This document shows, one piece after another, positions 1-11,040 of a stretch of 64,000 nt of DNA; position 1 is the stretch's first letter, and the number at the start of each line of letters is the position of its first letter. Position numbers and translations under genes: made by a program. The stretch spans positions 669-64,668 of the forward strand of contig CAJWPJ010000002.1 in NCBI GenBank assembly GCA_913045115.1, given 5' to 3'. The notes beneath the pieces were generated by a model. The model was not told the DNA's origin and searched no databases. It worked only from the letters and a program-made list of their open reading frames with translations. This DNA comes from an uncultured Gammaproteobacteria bacterium. Its GTDB lineage: Bacteria > Pseudomonadota > Gammaproteobacteria > GCA-002705445 > GCA-002716945.

Positions 1-352
1 GTTTTTTCCATTCAAAATTACTAATTTTTTGCTCAAGGGATAAAAGCGAGTGTGAATTACCCATAATTAAAACGGGCAAAATAAATAATAATGGAAATTT
101 TAATATAAAGTCCAATAGCTCGTTATCAGTCAATTTTGTATTATCTAACTCATTTTCTTTGTATTCAGGTTCATTACATCTGAGGAAACTTCTAATTGGT
201 AAATTAGATATGTCAAAAATATCTAACAATAATTTTTTAGTCAATGGCTCTTTTAAATAAAATATAATTTGCGGCTTGATGTCATTATTTGTCAAAATAT
301 CGAGAGCTTTCCTGGATTTACTACATTGAGGATTATGAAATATCAGTGTCAT
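1..352 (-). CDS. ArsC/Spx-family thioredoxin-fold protein (arsenate reductase-like), C-terminus truncated by window edge
   Basis: Minus-strand translation from ATG at 350-352: MTLIFHNPQCSKSRKALDIL...NELLDFILKFPLLF. This closely parallels E. coli ArsC (ITIYHNPACGTSR...DDQLIDFMLQHPILINRP). The ORF runs off the left edge and is below the ORF-track length cutoff. A plus-strand frame-3 ORF over the same region is low-complexity and was rejected. Confidence 0.6.
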   Translation of the reverse strand, partial: MTLIFHNPQCSKSRKALDILTNNDIKPQIIFYLKEPLTKKLLLDIFDISNLPIRSFLRCNEPEYKENELDNTKLTDNELLDFILKFPLLFILPVLIMGNSHSLLSLEQKISNFEWKK

Positions 353-361
353 ATTAATTGC

Positions 362-1909
362 TTATTCCCACTCGATTGTGCCGGGAGGTTTTGATGTAAT
401 ATCATATACGACTCTAGCTACACCGCTAACTTCATTGATAATTCTTGTAGAGATATTATTTAATATTTTATGAGGAAGGGCTGTTGAAGTTGCTGTCATA
501 AAATCAGTTGTATTGACAGCTCTGATTGCAACAACATAACCATATTGCCTTTTATCGCCCATCACTCCAACAGATTTTTGTGGAATTAATACAGAAAGGG
601 CTTGATCAATTTTTTTATAAAAACCATGTGTGCTGAGCTCTTGAAGATAGATGTAATCAACTTCCTGTAATATTTTTACTTTGATATGATTTATTTCTCC
701 TAAGATCCTTACGGCAAGACCAGGACCAGGAAAGGGGTGTCTTCCTATAAGATTATCTGGGAGGCCTAGCTGTTTGCCTACTTTCCTTACTTCATCTTTA
801 AATAAATCTCTAATTGGTTCGACCAACTCAAGTTTCATATTTTTTGGAAGGCCACCAACATTATGATGAGATTTAATTACATCAGATTTAGACTCTTTTG
901 ATGATGACTCTATGACATCGGGATATATAGTACCCTGACCAAGATATTTTACATTTTTAATTTTAGAGGCTTCTTTGTTAAAAGTATCAATGAAACATTT
1001 ACCAATTATTTTTCTTTTCTTCTCCGGGTCTGAAACACCTCTCAATCTTAATAGAAAGGTTCGTGAAGCATCAATAGTCTTTAGTTGAATTTTTAAAGAC
1101 TTTGTTATTTTCTTAACTTCTTTTACCTCATTCTTTCTTAGTAATCCAGTATCAATAAAAATACAGGTCAGTTGTTTCCCAATTGCTTTACTCAATATCG
1201 CTGCTACAACTGATGAATCTACGCCACCTGACAATGCAAGAATTACTTTATCCTTTCCTATTTTTTCTTTTGCTTTTTCTATGAGACTTTTGCTTATACT
1301 TTTTGCAGTCCATGATTTTTTGCATTCGCATATATTAATAAAATTATGAAGTATTTTTTTACCGATGACTGTATGTGTTACCTCGGGATGAAACTGTAAT
1401 CCAAAAATCTTTAACTTATTATTACAAATTGCTGCTATTTTTGAATTAGTGCTACTTCCTATCACAGTAAAACCATTTGGTAATGATTCTACTTTATCTG
1501 CATGGCTCATCCATACACCATGATGCTTACCTTTGTTAATGCATTTATTAAATAGATTTGTTTTTTTAGTGATTGTAAAAAACGAGCGGCCAAATTCTTT
1601 TTTTTTGGATTTTACTACTGTGCCACCGAATTCTTTTGCTATTAATTGCATGCCATAACAAATGCCTAATATTGGTATATTGAGATTGAAGACTTCCTTT
1701 CTTGGTCGCAAGGTCTTATTGAAATTAACAGAGTTTGGACCACCGCTTAGTACAATACCCTTAGGATTTAATTCAATAATTTTTCTTGCAGAAATGTTGA
1801 AAGGTTTTACGAGACTAAAAATACCAAGTTCTCTTATTCTTCTTGCAATAAGCTGGGTATATTGTGATCCGAAATCTAAAATAAGTATTAAATCTCTCTC
1901 TTTTGTCAT
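362..1909 (-). CDS. guaA: GMP synthase (glutamine-hydrolysing)
   Basis: 515 aa. Class I glutamine amidotransferase (GATase) N-domain with the GICYGMQ catalytic Cys, the ATP-PPase SGGVDSSV P-loop, and the GMP synthase C-terminal dimerisation domain ending ...PGTIEWE. The start overlaps the guaB stop. Confidence 0.95.
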   Translation of the reverse strand: MTKERDLILILDFGSQYTQLIARRIRELGIFSLVKPFNISARKIIELNPKGIVLSGGPNSVNFNKTLRPRKEVFNLNIPILGICYGMQLIAKEFGGTVVKSKKKEFGRSFFTITKKTNLFNKCINKGKHHGVWMSHADKVESLPNGFTVIGSSTNSKIAAICNNKLKIFGLQFHPEVTHTVIGKKILHNFINICECKKSWTAKSISKSLIEKAKEKIGKDKVILALSGGVDSSVVAAILSKAIGKQLTCIFIDTGLLRKNEVKEVKKITKSLKIQLKTIDASRTFLLRLRGVSDPEKKRKIIGKCFIDTFNKEASKIKNVKYLGQGTIYPDVIESSSKESKSDVIKSHHNVGGLPKNMKLELVEPIRDLFKDEVRKVGKQLGLPDNLIGRHPFPGPGLAVRILGEINHIKVKILQEVDYIYLQELSTHGFYKKIDQALSVLIPQKSVGVMGDKRQYGYVVAIRAVNTTDFMTATSTALPHKILNNISTRIINEVSGVARVVYDITSKPPGTIEWE

Positions 1910-3399
1910 TATCGGGGCTGATAGTTTGGTGGCTCTTTAACGATAGCGACGTCATGAGTATGACTCTCAATTTTCGATGAGCTAGATATCTTGATAAAAT
2001 TAGTCTTAGTCTTCATTAATTTGATATTTTTACAACCCAGATAACCCATACTTGATCTTAAGCCACCTGTTAACTGATGAAGAATAGATTTCATAGTTCC
2101 CTTGTAAGGAACCCTACCCTCTATCCCCTCTGGTATAAGTTTCTTACTTTCATTATGATGGTCCTGAAAGTATCTATCTTTAGATCCGCTCTGCATAGCT
2201 CCAATTGAGCCCATCCCTCGGTAGGATTTATAAGTTCTGCCTTCAAACATCTCAACTTCACCAGGGGCTTCATCTGTACCGGCGAGCAATCCTCCCAGCA
2301 TTACAGTGTCTGATCCTGCTGCTATTGCCTTTGCTATATCACCTGAGTAACGAATACCTCCATCAGCGATAAGTGGTATTTTATATTTTTTAGAAATCTT
2401 TGAACATTCATATATAGCAGAGAGCTGTGGAACACCAACACCTGCAACTATTCTCGTGGTACAAATTGACCCAGGTCCAATACCCACTTTAATTGCATCG
2501 GCACCACTTTTTATTAAAGCCTCTGCTGCCTCACCAGTGGCAATGTTACCAGCAATGACTTGCTGAGACGGATAGTTTTTCTTGATGAACTTTAACGTAT
2601 CAATTACAGATTTAGAGTGTCCATGCGCTGTATCTATAGTAATAACGTCAACATTTTCATTTATTAATGCGTGAATCCTGTCTATAGACTCGGAATTTGT
2701 ACCCACCGCGGCTCCTACAATTAAGCTACCATTACTATCCTTAGATGCATTTGGATATGTGGAAGATTTTTGTATATCTTTAAATGTAACCATCCCTTTA
2801 AGTTGATTTTTTTTGTTAACGATAAGGATTTTTTCAATTCTATTTTTTCTAAGTAGTCCAATAACTTGCTTTTTGGAATAATTTTCACCTACTGTAACCA
2901 GTTTATCTTTCGGAGTCATTATAGTTGTTACTTTAGTATTCATGTTCTCAACAAATCTAAGATCTCTATTCGTAACAATGCCAATTAATTTGTTTTTATC
3001 TACTATAGGAACACCTGATATACCATACTTTTCAGTAATCTCATTTATTTCTTGTACAGTCGAACTTGCGGAGGCTGTTATAGGGTCATTAATTACTCCA
3101 CTTTCATATTTTTTTACAAATCTTACTTGTTTTGCTTGATCTTCTATCGACAAATTCTTATGGATAATTCCTATACCACCCTCACTAGCTAAAGTTATTG
3201 CCATATGTGATTCTGTAACAGTATCCATTGCTGCGGAGAGAATAGGGGTTTGTAGCTTAATGTTTTTAGTTAACTGTGAGGATAAATCGACATTTACCGG
3301 CAATATGTCAGAATAGGCGGGTACTAATAAGACATCGTCAAAGGCTAGTGATTCATTTGAAAATACTTTGGATCTTGATTGATGTGATGCTGCTACCAT
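1909..3399 (-). CDS. guaB: IMP dehydrogenase
   Basis: 496 aa. IMPDH TIM barrel with a CBS pair, the catalytic GIGPGSICTTR loop, and guaB-guaA order as in E. coli. Confidence 0.95.
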   Translation of the reverse strand: MVAASHQSRSKVFSNESLAFDDVLLVPAYSDILPVNVDLSSQLTKNIKLQTPILSAAMDTVTESHMAITLASEGGIGIIHKNLSIEDQAKQVRFVKKYESGVINDPITASASSTVQEINEITEKYGISGVPIVDKNKLIGIVTNRDLRFVENMNTKVTTIMTPKDKLVTVGENYSKKQVIGLLRKNRIEKILIVNKKNQLKGMVTFKDIQKSSTYPNASKDSNGSLIVGAAVGTNSESIDRIHALINENVDVITIDTAHGHSKSVIDTLKFIKKNYPSQQVIAGNIATGEAAEALIKSGADAIKVGIGPGSICTTRIVAGVGVPQLSAIYECSKISKKYKIPLIADGGIRYSGDIAKAIAAGSDTVMLGGLLAGTDEAPGEVEMFEGRTYKSYRGMGSIGAMQSGSKDRYFQDHHNESKKLIPEGIEGRVPYKGTMKSILHQLTGGLRSSMGYLGCKNIKLMKTKTNFIKISSSSKIESHTHDVAIVKEPPNYQPR

Positions 3400-3441
3400 T
3401 CTATATTATACATATAAACATATACTTCGAAAAGCGCAAAG

Positions 3442-4773
3442 ATGAAAATTTACACTGTATCCGAACTAAACTTAGAAGCCAGAGAGACAATGCTTGTTGC
3501 TTTTGAGTATCCAATATCAGTCAAAGGTGAAATCACAGACTTTAGATCTTCTAAGGGACATCAATATTTCAGGCTTAGAGATAAAAACGGGGGGTATACG
3601 GTAGAATGTGTCATTTGGAAAAACACAAATGATAATATCGATATATCAAAATATGTAGATATGCAAGTCATCGCAACTGCAAAAGTAGATTTCTACGCTG
3701 GGTTTGGAAAATTCCAACTTAATGTGTCTGAGATATCAGAGTTTGGTGATGGTTTCTTAAAAAAAGAAATTGAGAAATTAAAAGCAAAATTATCGAAAGA
3801 GGGCTTATTTGATTTTAAAAAAGAAGTACCTTTATTCCCTGAAAATATTGGTGTACTTACAGCTCATGATAGCCATGCTCTAAAGGATGTATGTTCGAAA
3901 CTTGCAGAGAGATATCCCCTTGCTAAGGTTTACGTTTATCCTTCTACAGTTCAAGGGGTGTCAGCTCCAACAAATCTTGTAAAAGTACTGAAACAAATCA
4001 ATCACGATAACATCGTAGATGTAGTTCTTATCGTACGCGGGGGAGGGTCTCTACAAGATCTCATGGCATTTAATGATGAGGTTTTGGTTAGAGAAATATC
4101 AAAATCAAAGATACCAACAATAACTGGTATAGGTCATAAACCAGATGTTACTCTTGCAGATTATGCCTCGGATGCCGCTCAAGAAACACCGACTGCTGCA
4201 GCAGTGAGAGCAGTACCCGATATTAGTATATTGAGACAAGATATATATCAAATTGAGGTCGGAATTAATAAGATGCAGCAAAAAAGAATTATCTACCTCT
4301 CAGATAGTATTAAAAATACTTATTCATTACTAAAAGTGAATGCGCCAAATCGAAAAGTACGTGCATTTTATAAAGATTTTACAGTTAATCTTCAACAATT
4401 AAGAAAACGTACTAGTGAGGTCTTAATAAAATATCAGTTATCTCTAGACAGCAAGAATCTACATAAAAAACAAGTTTTTCAAATGATTAAGAATAAAAAA
4501 ACTTCTGCTATGAAAAATATAAAAATTGATATTAGAGTTATGGAGAAAAGCATTCTCAATAAATTGAATCAATTTGAGGAACTACTTAAGTTAAAGAATC
4601 AACAAGTTAATCAATCAAATCCTAAAAATATACTTAAAAAAGGATATGCAATCATTCGGGATAAAGAATATAAAATTATCAAAGATTCTAAAAACGCTAA
4701 AAATAATATAGAACTTAAAATTGAGATGATGGATGGCTATATTGATGTCTATAGAAAGGAAAAAAAGACTTGA
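3442..4773 (+). CDS. xseA: Exodeoxyribonuclease VII large subunit
   Basis: 443 aa. N-terminal OB fold plus catalytic core (VRGGGS motif), divergent from guaBA as in E. coli. The C-terminal part is Lys-rich and divergent. Confidence 0.85.
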   Translation: MKIYTVSELNLEARETMLVAFEYPISVKGEITDFRSSKGHQYFRLRDKNGGYTVECVIWKNTNDNIDISKYVDMQVIATAKVDFYAGFGKFQLNVSEISEFGDGFLKKEIEKLKAKLSKEGLFDFKKEVPLFPENIGVLTAHDSHALKDVCSKLAERYPLAKVYVYPSTVQGVSAPTNLVKVLKQINHDNIVDVVLIVRGGGSLQDLMAFNDEVLVREISKSKIPTITGIGHKPDVTLADYASDAAQETPTAAAVRAVPDISILRQDIYQIEVGINKMQQKRIIYLSDSIKNTYSLLKVNAPNRKVRAFYKDFTVNLQQLRKRTSEVLIKYQLSLDSKNLHKKQVFQMIKNKKTSAMKNIKIDIRVMEKSILNKLNQFEELLKLKNQQVNQSNPKNILKKGYAIIRDKEYKIIKDSKNAKNNIELKIEMMDGYIDVYRKEKKT

Positions 4774-4809
4774 TATAGCAGTAAACTAATAGCAAAATAA
4801 TCTATCAGT

Positions 4810-5241
4810 ATGGCATCAACTAATCTTCAAAAATACCTCGATTTTAAACCTTATAAGCCTAAGAAAGGTGAAGAGTACATGTCTCCTGAACAGACAGAGC
4901 ATTTCAAAAGTATACTATTCTCTTGGAAAAAGATGTTAATGTCTGAAGCTGAAAAAACCATGGATCACATGAAACAAGATTCTTCGAAATTATCAGACCC
5001 CAATGATGCCGCCACTCAAGAAGAGGAATTTAGGCTCGAATTAAGGACAAGAGATAGAGAAAGAAAGTTAATATCAAAAATTGACCAAGCCTTAACTAGG
5101 ATTGATGATGGCTCTTATGGCTACTGTGAGGATACTGGTGAACCTATAGGTATCAAAAGATTAGAGGCTAGACCAATTGCTACTTTGTCAATAGAGGCGC
5201 AAGAACGCCATGAAAAGATGGAAAAAACGCAGATTGATTAG
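4810..5241 (+). CDS. dksA: RNA polymerase-binding transcription factor DksA (zinc-finger degenerate)
   Basis: 143 aa. Coiled-coil with a conserved acidic tip region, and a C-terminal DksA/TraR domain. Only the first of the four canonical Cys is retained: [10 protein letters not shown]...LSIEAQ versus E. coli CESCGVEIG...LCIDCK. Confidence 0.8.
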   Translation: MASTNLQKYLDFKPYKPKKGEEYMSPEQTEHFKSILFSWKKMLMSEAEKTMDHMKQDSSKLSDPNDAATQEEEFRLELRTRDRERKLISKIDQALTRIDDGSYGYCEDTGEPIGIKRLEARPIATLSIEAQERHEKMEKTQID

Positions 5242-7313
5242 GAGTTTTGCTCAACTCCCTTCATTGTTAGTTTAACACGCCCTTGTTTATCAACTTCAAG
5301 AACTTTAACTTTAACGATGTCTCCTTCAGATAGAACATCTTTAACATCTTTTACTCTTTCTTCACTTATTTGTGATATATGCACTAAACCATCTTTGTTG
5401 GGTGTAATTGCTACAAATGCACCGAAGTCCATAATTTTAGCAACCTTGCCCTCATAAATCTTATCAACCTGAGGTCCAGCAGTAATCTCTTCGATAATGG
5501 ATTTTGCATGATCACTTTTAGACTGGTCAGAAGCAGCTATTTTAATAACACCATCATCGTTAATATCAATAACAGCACCTGTTTGTTCAACAATAGATTT
5601 TATAACCGCGCCACCTTTACCAATCACTTCTGCGATTTTAGATTGATCAACCTTCATGTGCGTATATCTTGGAGCAAACTCTGAAACGTCTTCACGAGCT
5701 ACGCTCAACACTTTATTCATCTCATCAAGAATATGAAGCCTAGCATCTTTCGCCTGATTAAGGGCAGTTTCCATAATATCCGATGTAATACCATCGATTT
5801 TAATATCCATCTGCAATGCATTAATTCCTGTTGCAGTACCAGCTACTTTGAAATCCATATCTCCAAGATGATCCTCGTCTCCAAGAATATCCGTAAGAAC
5901 TTCATGTCTATCACCTTCTTTAACCAAACCCATGGCAATCCCAGCAACAGGTGCCTTTAAAGGTACTCCAGCATCCATCATAGATAAGCTAGATCCGCAT
6001 ACGGATGCCATTGAACTAGAACCATTTGATTCTGTAATTTCAGAGACAACTCTAACTGTATAGGGGAATTCTTCTTGAGACGGCATAACAGCTTGGACTC
6101 CTCTTCGTGCTAACTTTCCATGACCGATTTCTCTTCTCTTTGGTGAACCTATCATCCCAATCTCACCAACAGAATATGGTGGAAAATTATAATGGAAGAT
6201 AAAAGAATCCTCTATCCTACCAGTTAAAGAGTCAATAATTTGAGCGTCTTTATTTGTTCCTAGTGTAGTCACAACAAGAGCTTGAGTTTCTCCGCGTGTA
6301 AATAGCGCAGAGCCATGTGTTCTTGGTAGAACTCCAGTTTGAACACTAATAGGTCTTACAGTAGTAGTATTTCTTCCATCGATTCTTTTCTCACCGGATA
6401 GGATTCTCTCTCTGACAATATCTTTTTTTAAACTATCAAAAACCTTTGCAATTTTGTCTGTATTATCCTGTTCTTCATTTAATTCTTTCGAGATTATCTC
6501 TTCTTTTAAAACTGACAACTTCTCATATCTCTCTTGCTTTTCAGTTATTTGATAAGCTGATGATATCTGATCGCCGTACGATGATTTTATTGAATTATAA
6601 ATATCAGAATTATCTTCCTGTGATGGCGCATCTTGTTGAGCTACCCCTAGTTCAGTTATTAAATCGTCTATGGCTTTAATTATTACCTGCATATTTTCAT
6701 GCCCGAAATTGACTGCGTCTAACATTTGCTTTTCGCTAAGCTGGTCAGCCTCTGATTCAACCATAAGTACTGCATTATGTGTACCTGCTACAGTTAAATC
6801 TAATTTTGAGGATGAGAGCTGTGTAGAAGATGGGTTAAGAATGTATTGGTCATTTTCAAATCCTACCTTTACTGCTCCAAGAGTTCCGTTGAATGGCAAT
6901 CCGGCAAGTTTAACAACAGTTGATGCTGCAATCATTGCTGGAATTTCGGGATCAACTTCAGGATTCAGTGAAACCAGTGTAAGAATTATTTGAACTTCTT
7001 GATTGTATGTTGATGCAAACAGCGGTCTTAATGGTCTATCTATCAGACGGCTTATTAAGGTTTCTTTTTCTGTAGGCCTACCTTCGCGCTTAAAAAAACC
7101 TCCAGGTATTTTTCCAGCTGCATATGTTTTTTCATTATAATTAACCGTTAAAGGAAAGAAATCTCTCTCATTAGGTTCAGATGATGCTACTAATGTAGCT
7201 AGTATTACAGTTCCGTCGATTTCAACAGTTGCTGAAGCGTTAGCTTGTTTCGCTATAAGTCCGGTCTCAATTTTTACGGATTGAGTACCTAGATCAAAAA
7301 CTTTTGTATGCAT
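5238..7313 (-). CDS. pnp: Polynucleotide phosphorylase
   Basis: 691 aa. Two RNase PH domains, a KH domain and an S1 domain. The N-terminus ([24 protein letters not shown]) aligns with E. coli PNPase. The start overlaps the rpsO stop, and the stop overlaps the dksA stop. Confidence 0.95.
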   Translation of the reverse strand: MHTKVFDLGTQSVKIETGLIAKQANASATVEIDGTVILATLVASSEPNERDFFPLTVNYNEKTYAAGKIPGGFFKREGRPTEKETLISRLIDRPLRPLFASTYNQEVQIILTLVSLNPEVDPEIPAMIAASTVVKLAGLPFNGTLGAVKVGFENDQYILNPSSTQLSSSKLDLTVAGTHNAVLMVESEADQLSEKQMLDAVNFGHENMQVIIKAIDDLITELGVAQQDAPSQEDNSDIYNSIKSSYGDQISSAYQITEKQERYEKLSVLKEEIISKELNEEQDNTDKIAKVFDSLKKDIVRERILSGEKRIDGRNTTTVRPISVQTGVLPRTHGSALFTRGETQALVVTTLGTNKDAQIIDSLTGRIEDSFIFHYNFPPYSVGEIGMIGSPKRREIGHGKLARRGVQAVMPSQEEFPYTVRVVSEITESNGSSSMASVCGSSLSMMDAGVPLKAPVAGIAMGLVKEGDRHEVLTDILGDEDHLGDMDFKVAGTATGINALQMDIKIDGITSDIMETALNQAKDARLHILDEMNKVLSVAREDVSEFAPRYTHMKVDQSKIAEVIGKGGAVIKSIVEQTGAVIDINDDGVIKIAASDQSKSDHAKSIIEEITAGPQVDKIYEGKVAKIMDFGAFVAITPNKDGLVHISQISEERVKDVKDVLSEGDIVKVKVLEVDKQGRVKLTMKGVEQNS
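5241..5258 (+). terminator. Candidate dksA terminator hairpin (GGAGTT-TTGCTC-AACTCC) embedded in the last codons of the convergent pnp gene
   Basis: A 6-bp perfect stem with a 6-nt loop starts at the dksA stop codon, followed by a moderately U-rich stretch. On the other strand it encodes the pnp C-terminus (…EQNS). Confidence 0.3.
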
Positions 7314-7582
7314 TATTTTCTAAGTCCTAGTTCTTTAATTAGCTTCTCATACGATTCGATATCTGTTTTTTTAAGATACTTCATCATAGATCTTCTTTTC
7401 ATAATCATTTTCAAAAGACCCTGTCTAGAATGATTATCTTTTTTATTTTTATTAAAGTGGTCAGAAAGTTTATTGATGTTTTCTGTGAGAAGAGCTATCT
7501 GAACTGAACTAGATCCACAATCTTTATCAGATTTTTTAAACTTTTTTATGATTCCAGCTTTTGTATCGCTATTCAATGCCAT
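7313..7582 (-). CDS. rpsO: 30S ribosomal protein S15
   Basis: 89 aa, a typical S15 (…[41 protein letters not shown]…), in the rpsO-pnp context. Confidence 0.95.
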   Translation of the reverse strand: MALNSDTKAGIIKKFKKSDKDCGSSSVQIALLTENINKLSDHFNKNKKDNHSRQGLLKMIMKRRSMMKYLKKTDIESYEKLIKELGLRK

Positions 7583-7646
7583 TATTCTTTTCTATTTACT
7601 TAACGAAGGGATTTTATCATGTCCAACAGGTAATACAAATGAAATA

Positions 7647-8525
7647 TCATCTTTTCATCAATCTTTTGGGATATAAAACATTACTCTTGAATAAACCTAT
7701 TCCGTGGAAGATACTATTATCCCCTATCAGCTTACAAAGAGTGTAATTAGTATCATTATTCTTATTGATATGTAAGCCTTTATAAAGTCTGGAAATCTCA
7801 TCATAGTTACATGCTATAGAAGGGATGTTGGATAACATGTTCGTAATGTCTATTCTGTATTCTTCTAAATTATCTGTATTGATATCGTCTACATCGATAT
7901 GTGAATATTTCTCAAAAGGTTCAACACTGGATCTATCAAGTTCATAAAGACAGGAATGAAGACTCCATTCTTTTGCAATATCCTGAACAAGCGTCCGAAT
8001 GTAGGTTCCTGGAGAACATGTAACTATAAATGAGAGAATATCATTTTCCAAAGAAACATATTTAAGATCATAGATATGTCTTTCCTTTAGTTGTCTCTCA
8101 ACTATCATATTATTTCTTGCGTATATGTATAGTGGTTTTCCTTTGTATTTACTAGCACTATACATAGGGGGTGACTGAAAATATGGTCCAATGAACATAT
8201 TAAATGTATTGATAATATCTTTTTTAGATAGTTTCTTGATATCGTTAAATTCATTCTCAAAAATAATAGGTTCTGATTCATAATCTCCGCATTCGCTAAA
8301 TGCTCCTAACTTGCATTTTACAATATATGTCTTATTATTTTTTGTAATATAACTAATAAACTTAGTGGCTTCACCAGTGACTATTGGAAGAGTGCCAGTG
8401 GCAAGCGGATCAAGAATACCAAATATTCCAGCCTTCTTTATTTTAGTTCTTTTCTTAAAAATCGCGAGAGTCTTACTTGATGTAATGAATTTTTTTTTAT
8501 TAATTAAAAATACTCCGCTAGACAC
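7647..8525 (-). CDS. truB: tRNA pseudouridine(55) synthase
   Basis: 292 aa. Has the catalytic-Asp motif GILDPLATGTLP, and sits between rbfA and rpsO as in E. coli. Confidence 0.9.
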   Translation of the reverse strand: MSSGVFLINKKKFITSSKTLAIFKKRTKIKKAGIFGILDPLATGTLPIVTGEATKFISYITKNNKTYIVKCKLGAFSECGDYESEPIIFENEFNDIKKLSKKDIINTFNMFIGPYFQSPPMYSASKYKGKPLYIYARNNMIVERQLKERHIYDLKYVSLENDILSFIVTCSPGTYIRTLVQDIAKEWSLHSCLYELDRSSVEPFEKYSHIDVDDINTDNLEEYRIDITNMLSNIPSIACNYDEISRLYKGLHINKNNDTNYTLCKLIGDNSIFHGIGLFKSNVLYPKRLMKR

Positions 8526-8532
8526 GAATGAA

Positions 8533-8862
8533 CTATCTCAATGAATCAAGCAGCTTATTGATGCGCTGACCTTTAATCACAGTATCATCAAATATGAACT
8601 TGATATCCGGTATCCTTTTTAAGTGAACGTTTTTTGATAAATAGTGCTTTATAGTTGGTTTAAGCTGGTTAATTTTTTTTTCTATTTGATTATAATTTTT
8701 TTCCAATGTTGTGAAATAGACAATAGCACTTCTTATGTCCTTACTGACTTTTATATCTGTGATTGTAACTGTATTTTTGATAGTAGGGTTATCAATTCGT
8801 GTAACGATGATATTCGCAATTTCTTTATGAAGAAGATCTTCAATTTTATTCATTCTACTCAT
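8533..8862 (-). CDS. rbfA: Ribosome-binding factor A
   Basis: 109 aa, of RbfA size and with a KH-like fold, between infB and truB. Confidence 0.85.
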   Translation of the reverse strand: MSRMNKIEDLLHKEIANIIVTRIDNPTIKNTVTITDIKVSKDIRSAIVYFTTLEKNYNQIEKKINQLKPTIKHYLSKNVHLKRIPDIKFIFDDTVIKGQRINKLLDSLR

Positions 8863-8868
8863 AAAAAA

Positions 8869-11040
8869 TTATATCGAACGTTTAATTTCTGTTCTTTTAT
8901 ATACTTCTATCTGATCACCAGATTTAATATCATTATAATCTTTTACTCCAATACCGCATTCGGTACCGCTCTTCACTTCCTTAACATCCTCTTTAAATCT
9001 TCTCAAAGATTCTAGCTCGCCCTCATAGATGACTGTATTATCACGTAAAACTCTTATAGGTTGGTCTTTTTGAATCGTCCCTTCAGAAACAATCGAGCCG
9101 GCTATAGCACCAAGCTTAGACGACCGGAACACATCTTTGACAGTAGCAATACCAATAATTTCCTCTTTTATTTCTGGCTCTAGTTCCCCAGATAAATCAA
9201 ACTTAACGTTATCAATCAAGTCATAAATAATACTGAAGTATTTGAGTGGCAAATCATGCATCTCAATAAGCTTCTTAGCTTTACTGTCAGCTCTAACATT
9301 GAATCCGATAATATGTGCTTCGGCGCTTATTGCTAAATTAATGTCTGATTCTGTTATCCCGCCTACTCCACTATATATAATTTCTAATCCTACATCTGGA
9401 TTATCAATTGACTGCAGGCTACTTATTATCGCTTCACAACTCCCTTGTACATCAGTTTTAATAAGATAATTTATAATTTTTTTATTATTTGAAGTATCCC
9501 CGAAAGACTCAATTGAGAAGTTTTTTTGTTTTGATTGCATTTCAATTTCTTTTTGTTTTTTCTCTCGAGATGATGCAATATCTTTTACTTTTTTCTCATC
9601 ATCGGTAGATATTAGTTGATCACCGACATTAGGTGTTGCGGATAAACCAGTCAGGACAACTGGAGTACTCGGACCGGCACTTTTTACAGGTTTGCCATAC
9701 TCATTAAAAAGCGCTCTAACCCTCCCAAAGGTTTGACCCACTAATATAAAATCCTTTTGATTGAGTATTCCGTTTTGAATCAGTACGGTTGCAACCGGTC
9801 CCTTACCTTTATCTAATGAAGACTCAATCACGACTCCAGTAGCAGGACCACTATCATGAGCTTTCAGCTCTAATATTTCGGCCTGTAATATAACTGAATC
9901 CAAAAGCTTATCAATTCCCTCTCCAGTTAGAGCTGAAATAGGTACAAAGATGGTTTCTCCTCCCCACTCCTCAGGAACAACATTATTAGCAGCAAGATCA
10001 TTTTTTACTTTTTCTTGATCAGCATTCTCTTTATCAATTTTGTTAATTGCAATGATAAGAGGGACTCCAGCGGCTTTAGCATGCTCAATAGCTTCCTTTG
10101 TTTGAGGCATGACTCCATCGTCAGCAGATACTACGAGAATAACTATATCAGTAACCTGTGCACCTCTAGCTCTCATACTAGTGAAAGCAGCATGGCCTGG
10201 AGTATCAAGAAATGCAATTTCTCCATTATTCGTGCTAACACGATAAGCGCCTATGTGTTGAGTTATCCCTCCAGACTCAGATTCAGTTATTTTAGACTTT
10301 CTTATATAATCTAAGAGTGACGTTTTACCATGATCAACATGGCCCATAATTGTAACGATCGGAGCTCTTATTTTACCATCTGTTATTTTAATTTTCTCTA
10401 AAGGTGAAATTTCATCCTCAGTATCTTTAACAACAATAGGTTTATGTCCAATCTCCTCTGTAATAAGAACTGCTGTATCTTGATCAAGAGATTGATTTAC
10501 AGTGGCCATTACACCCAAGCTCATCATTTTCGCTATTAAGTCTGTATGTTTAAGGGCCATTTGATTTGCTAACTCAGCTACTGTCATCGATTGAGTAATT
10601 TTAACGTCTCTTACAACTGGTTCTGTAGGCTTTTCAAATTTATGTGTAGCTTGCAAATCATGAATCTTAGTTTTATTTTTTTTATTTTTGTCTTTTTTTA
10701 AACTCGGTGATTTAAGGTGTAACTCCTTATTTTCCATTTTTTCTATTTTCTCATCTTTATCAACTTTATGTTTCTTAGATGATTTTGATTCAGTAGGAGG
10801 AGTCTCTTTAGTTGATGATGTCTTTGAAGAATTAACCTCAGTTATAGGATTTTTACTTGGGACTTCTTTTTTTAATACTTTTTTTACGGTAGTTGATTGT
10901 TCAACTGATTTTGCAGGTGATGCTTTGGTAATAATTTTTCTTTTTCTTTTAACATGAACCCCGGCAGACGTACCAGTTTTCCTCGGTGATATCGTATCTG
11001 TCTTGAGCTTTATGTTATCTTTTTCAGTCATTTTCCTCAT
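8869..11040 (-). CDS. infB: Translation initiation factor IF-2
   Basis: 723 aa. Lys/Ser-rich low-complexity N-terminus followed by a GTPase domain ([21 protein letters not shown]) and the C-terminal beta-barrel domains. Confidence 0.95.
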   Translation of the reverse strand: MRKMTEKDNIKLKTDTISPRKTGTSAGVHVKRKRKIITKASPAKSVEQSTTVKKVLKKEVPSKNPITEVNSSKTSSTKETPPTESKSSKKHKVDKDEKIEKMENKELHLKSPSLKKDKNKKNKTKIHDLQATHKFEKPTEPVVRDVKITQSMTVAELANQMALKHTDLIAKMMSLGVMATVNQSLDQDTAVLITEEIGHKPIVVKDTEDEISPLEKIKITDGKIRAPIVTIMGHVDHGKTSLLDYIRKSKITESESGGITQHIGAYRVSTNNGEIAFLDTPGHAAFTSMRARGAQVTDIVILVVSADDGVMPQTKEAIEHAKAAGVPLIIAINKIDKENADQEKVKNDLAANNVVPEEWGGETIFVPISALTGEGIDKLLDSVILQAEILELKAHDSGPATGVVIESSLDKGKGPVATVLIQNGILNQKDFILVGQTFGRVRALFNEYGKPVKSAGPSTPVVLTGLSATPNVGDQLISTDDEKKVKDIASSREKKQKEIEMQSKQKNFSIESFGDTSNNKKIINYLIKTDVQGSCEAIISSLQSIDNPDVGLEIIYSGVGGITESDINLAISAEAHIIGFNVRADSKAKKLIEMHDLPLKYFSIIYDLIDNVKFDLSGELEPEIKEEIIGIATVKDVFRSSKLGAIAGSIVSEGTIQKDQPIRVLRDNTVIYEGELESLRRFKEDVKEVKSGTECGIGVKDYNDIKSGDQIEVYKRTEIKRSI

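Noticed and set aside
3-258. Long open plus-strand frame at the left edge (FFHSKLLIFCSRDKSECELPIIKTGKINNNGNF...)
   Set aside because: Its translation is low-complexity and matches nothing, whereas the minus strand of the same region encodes a clear ArsC-family N-terminus (IFHNPQCSKSR).
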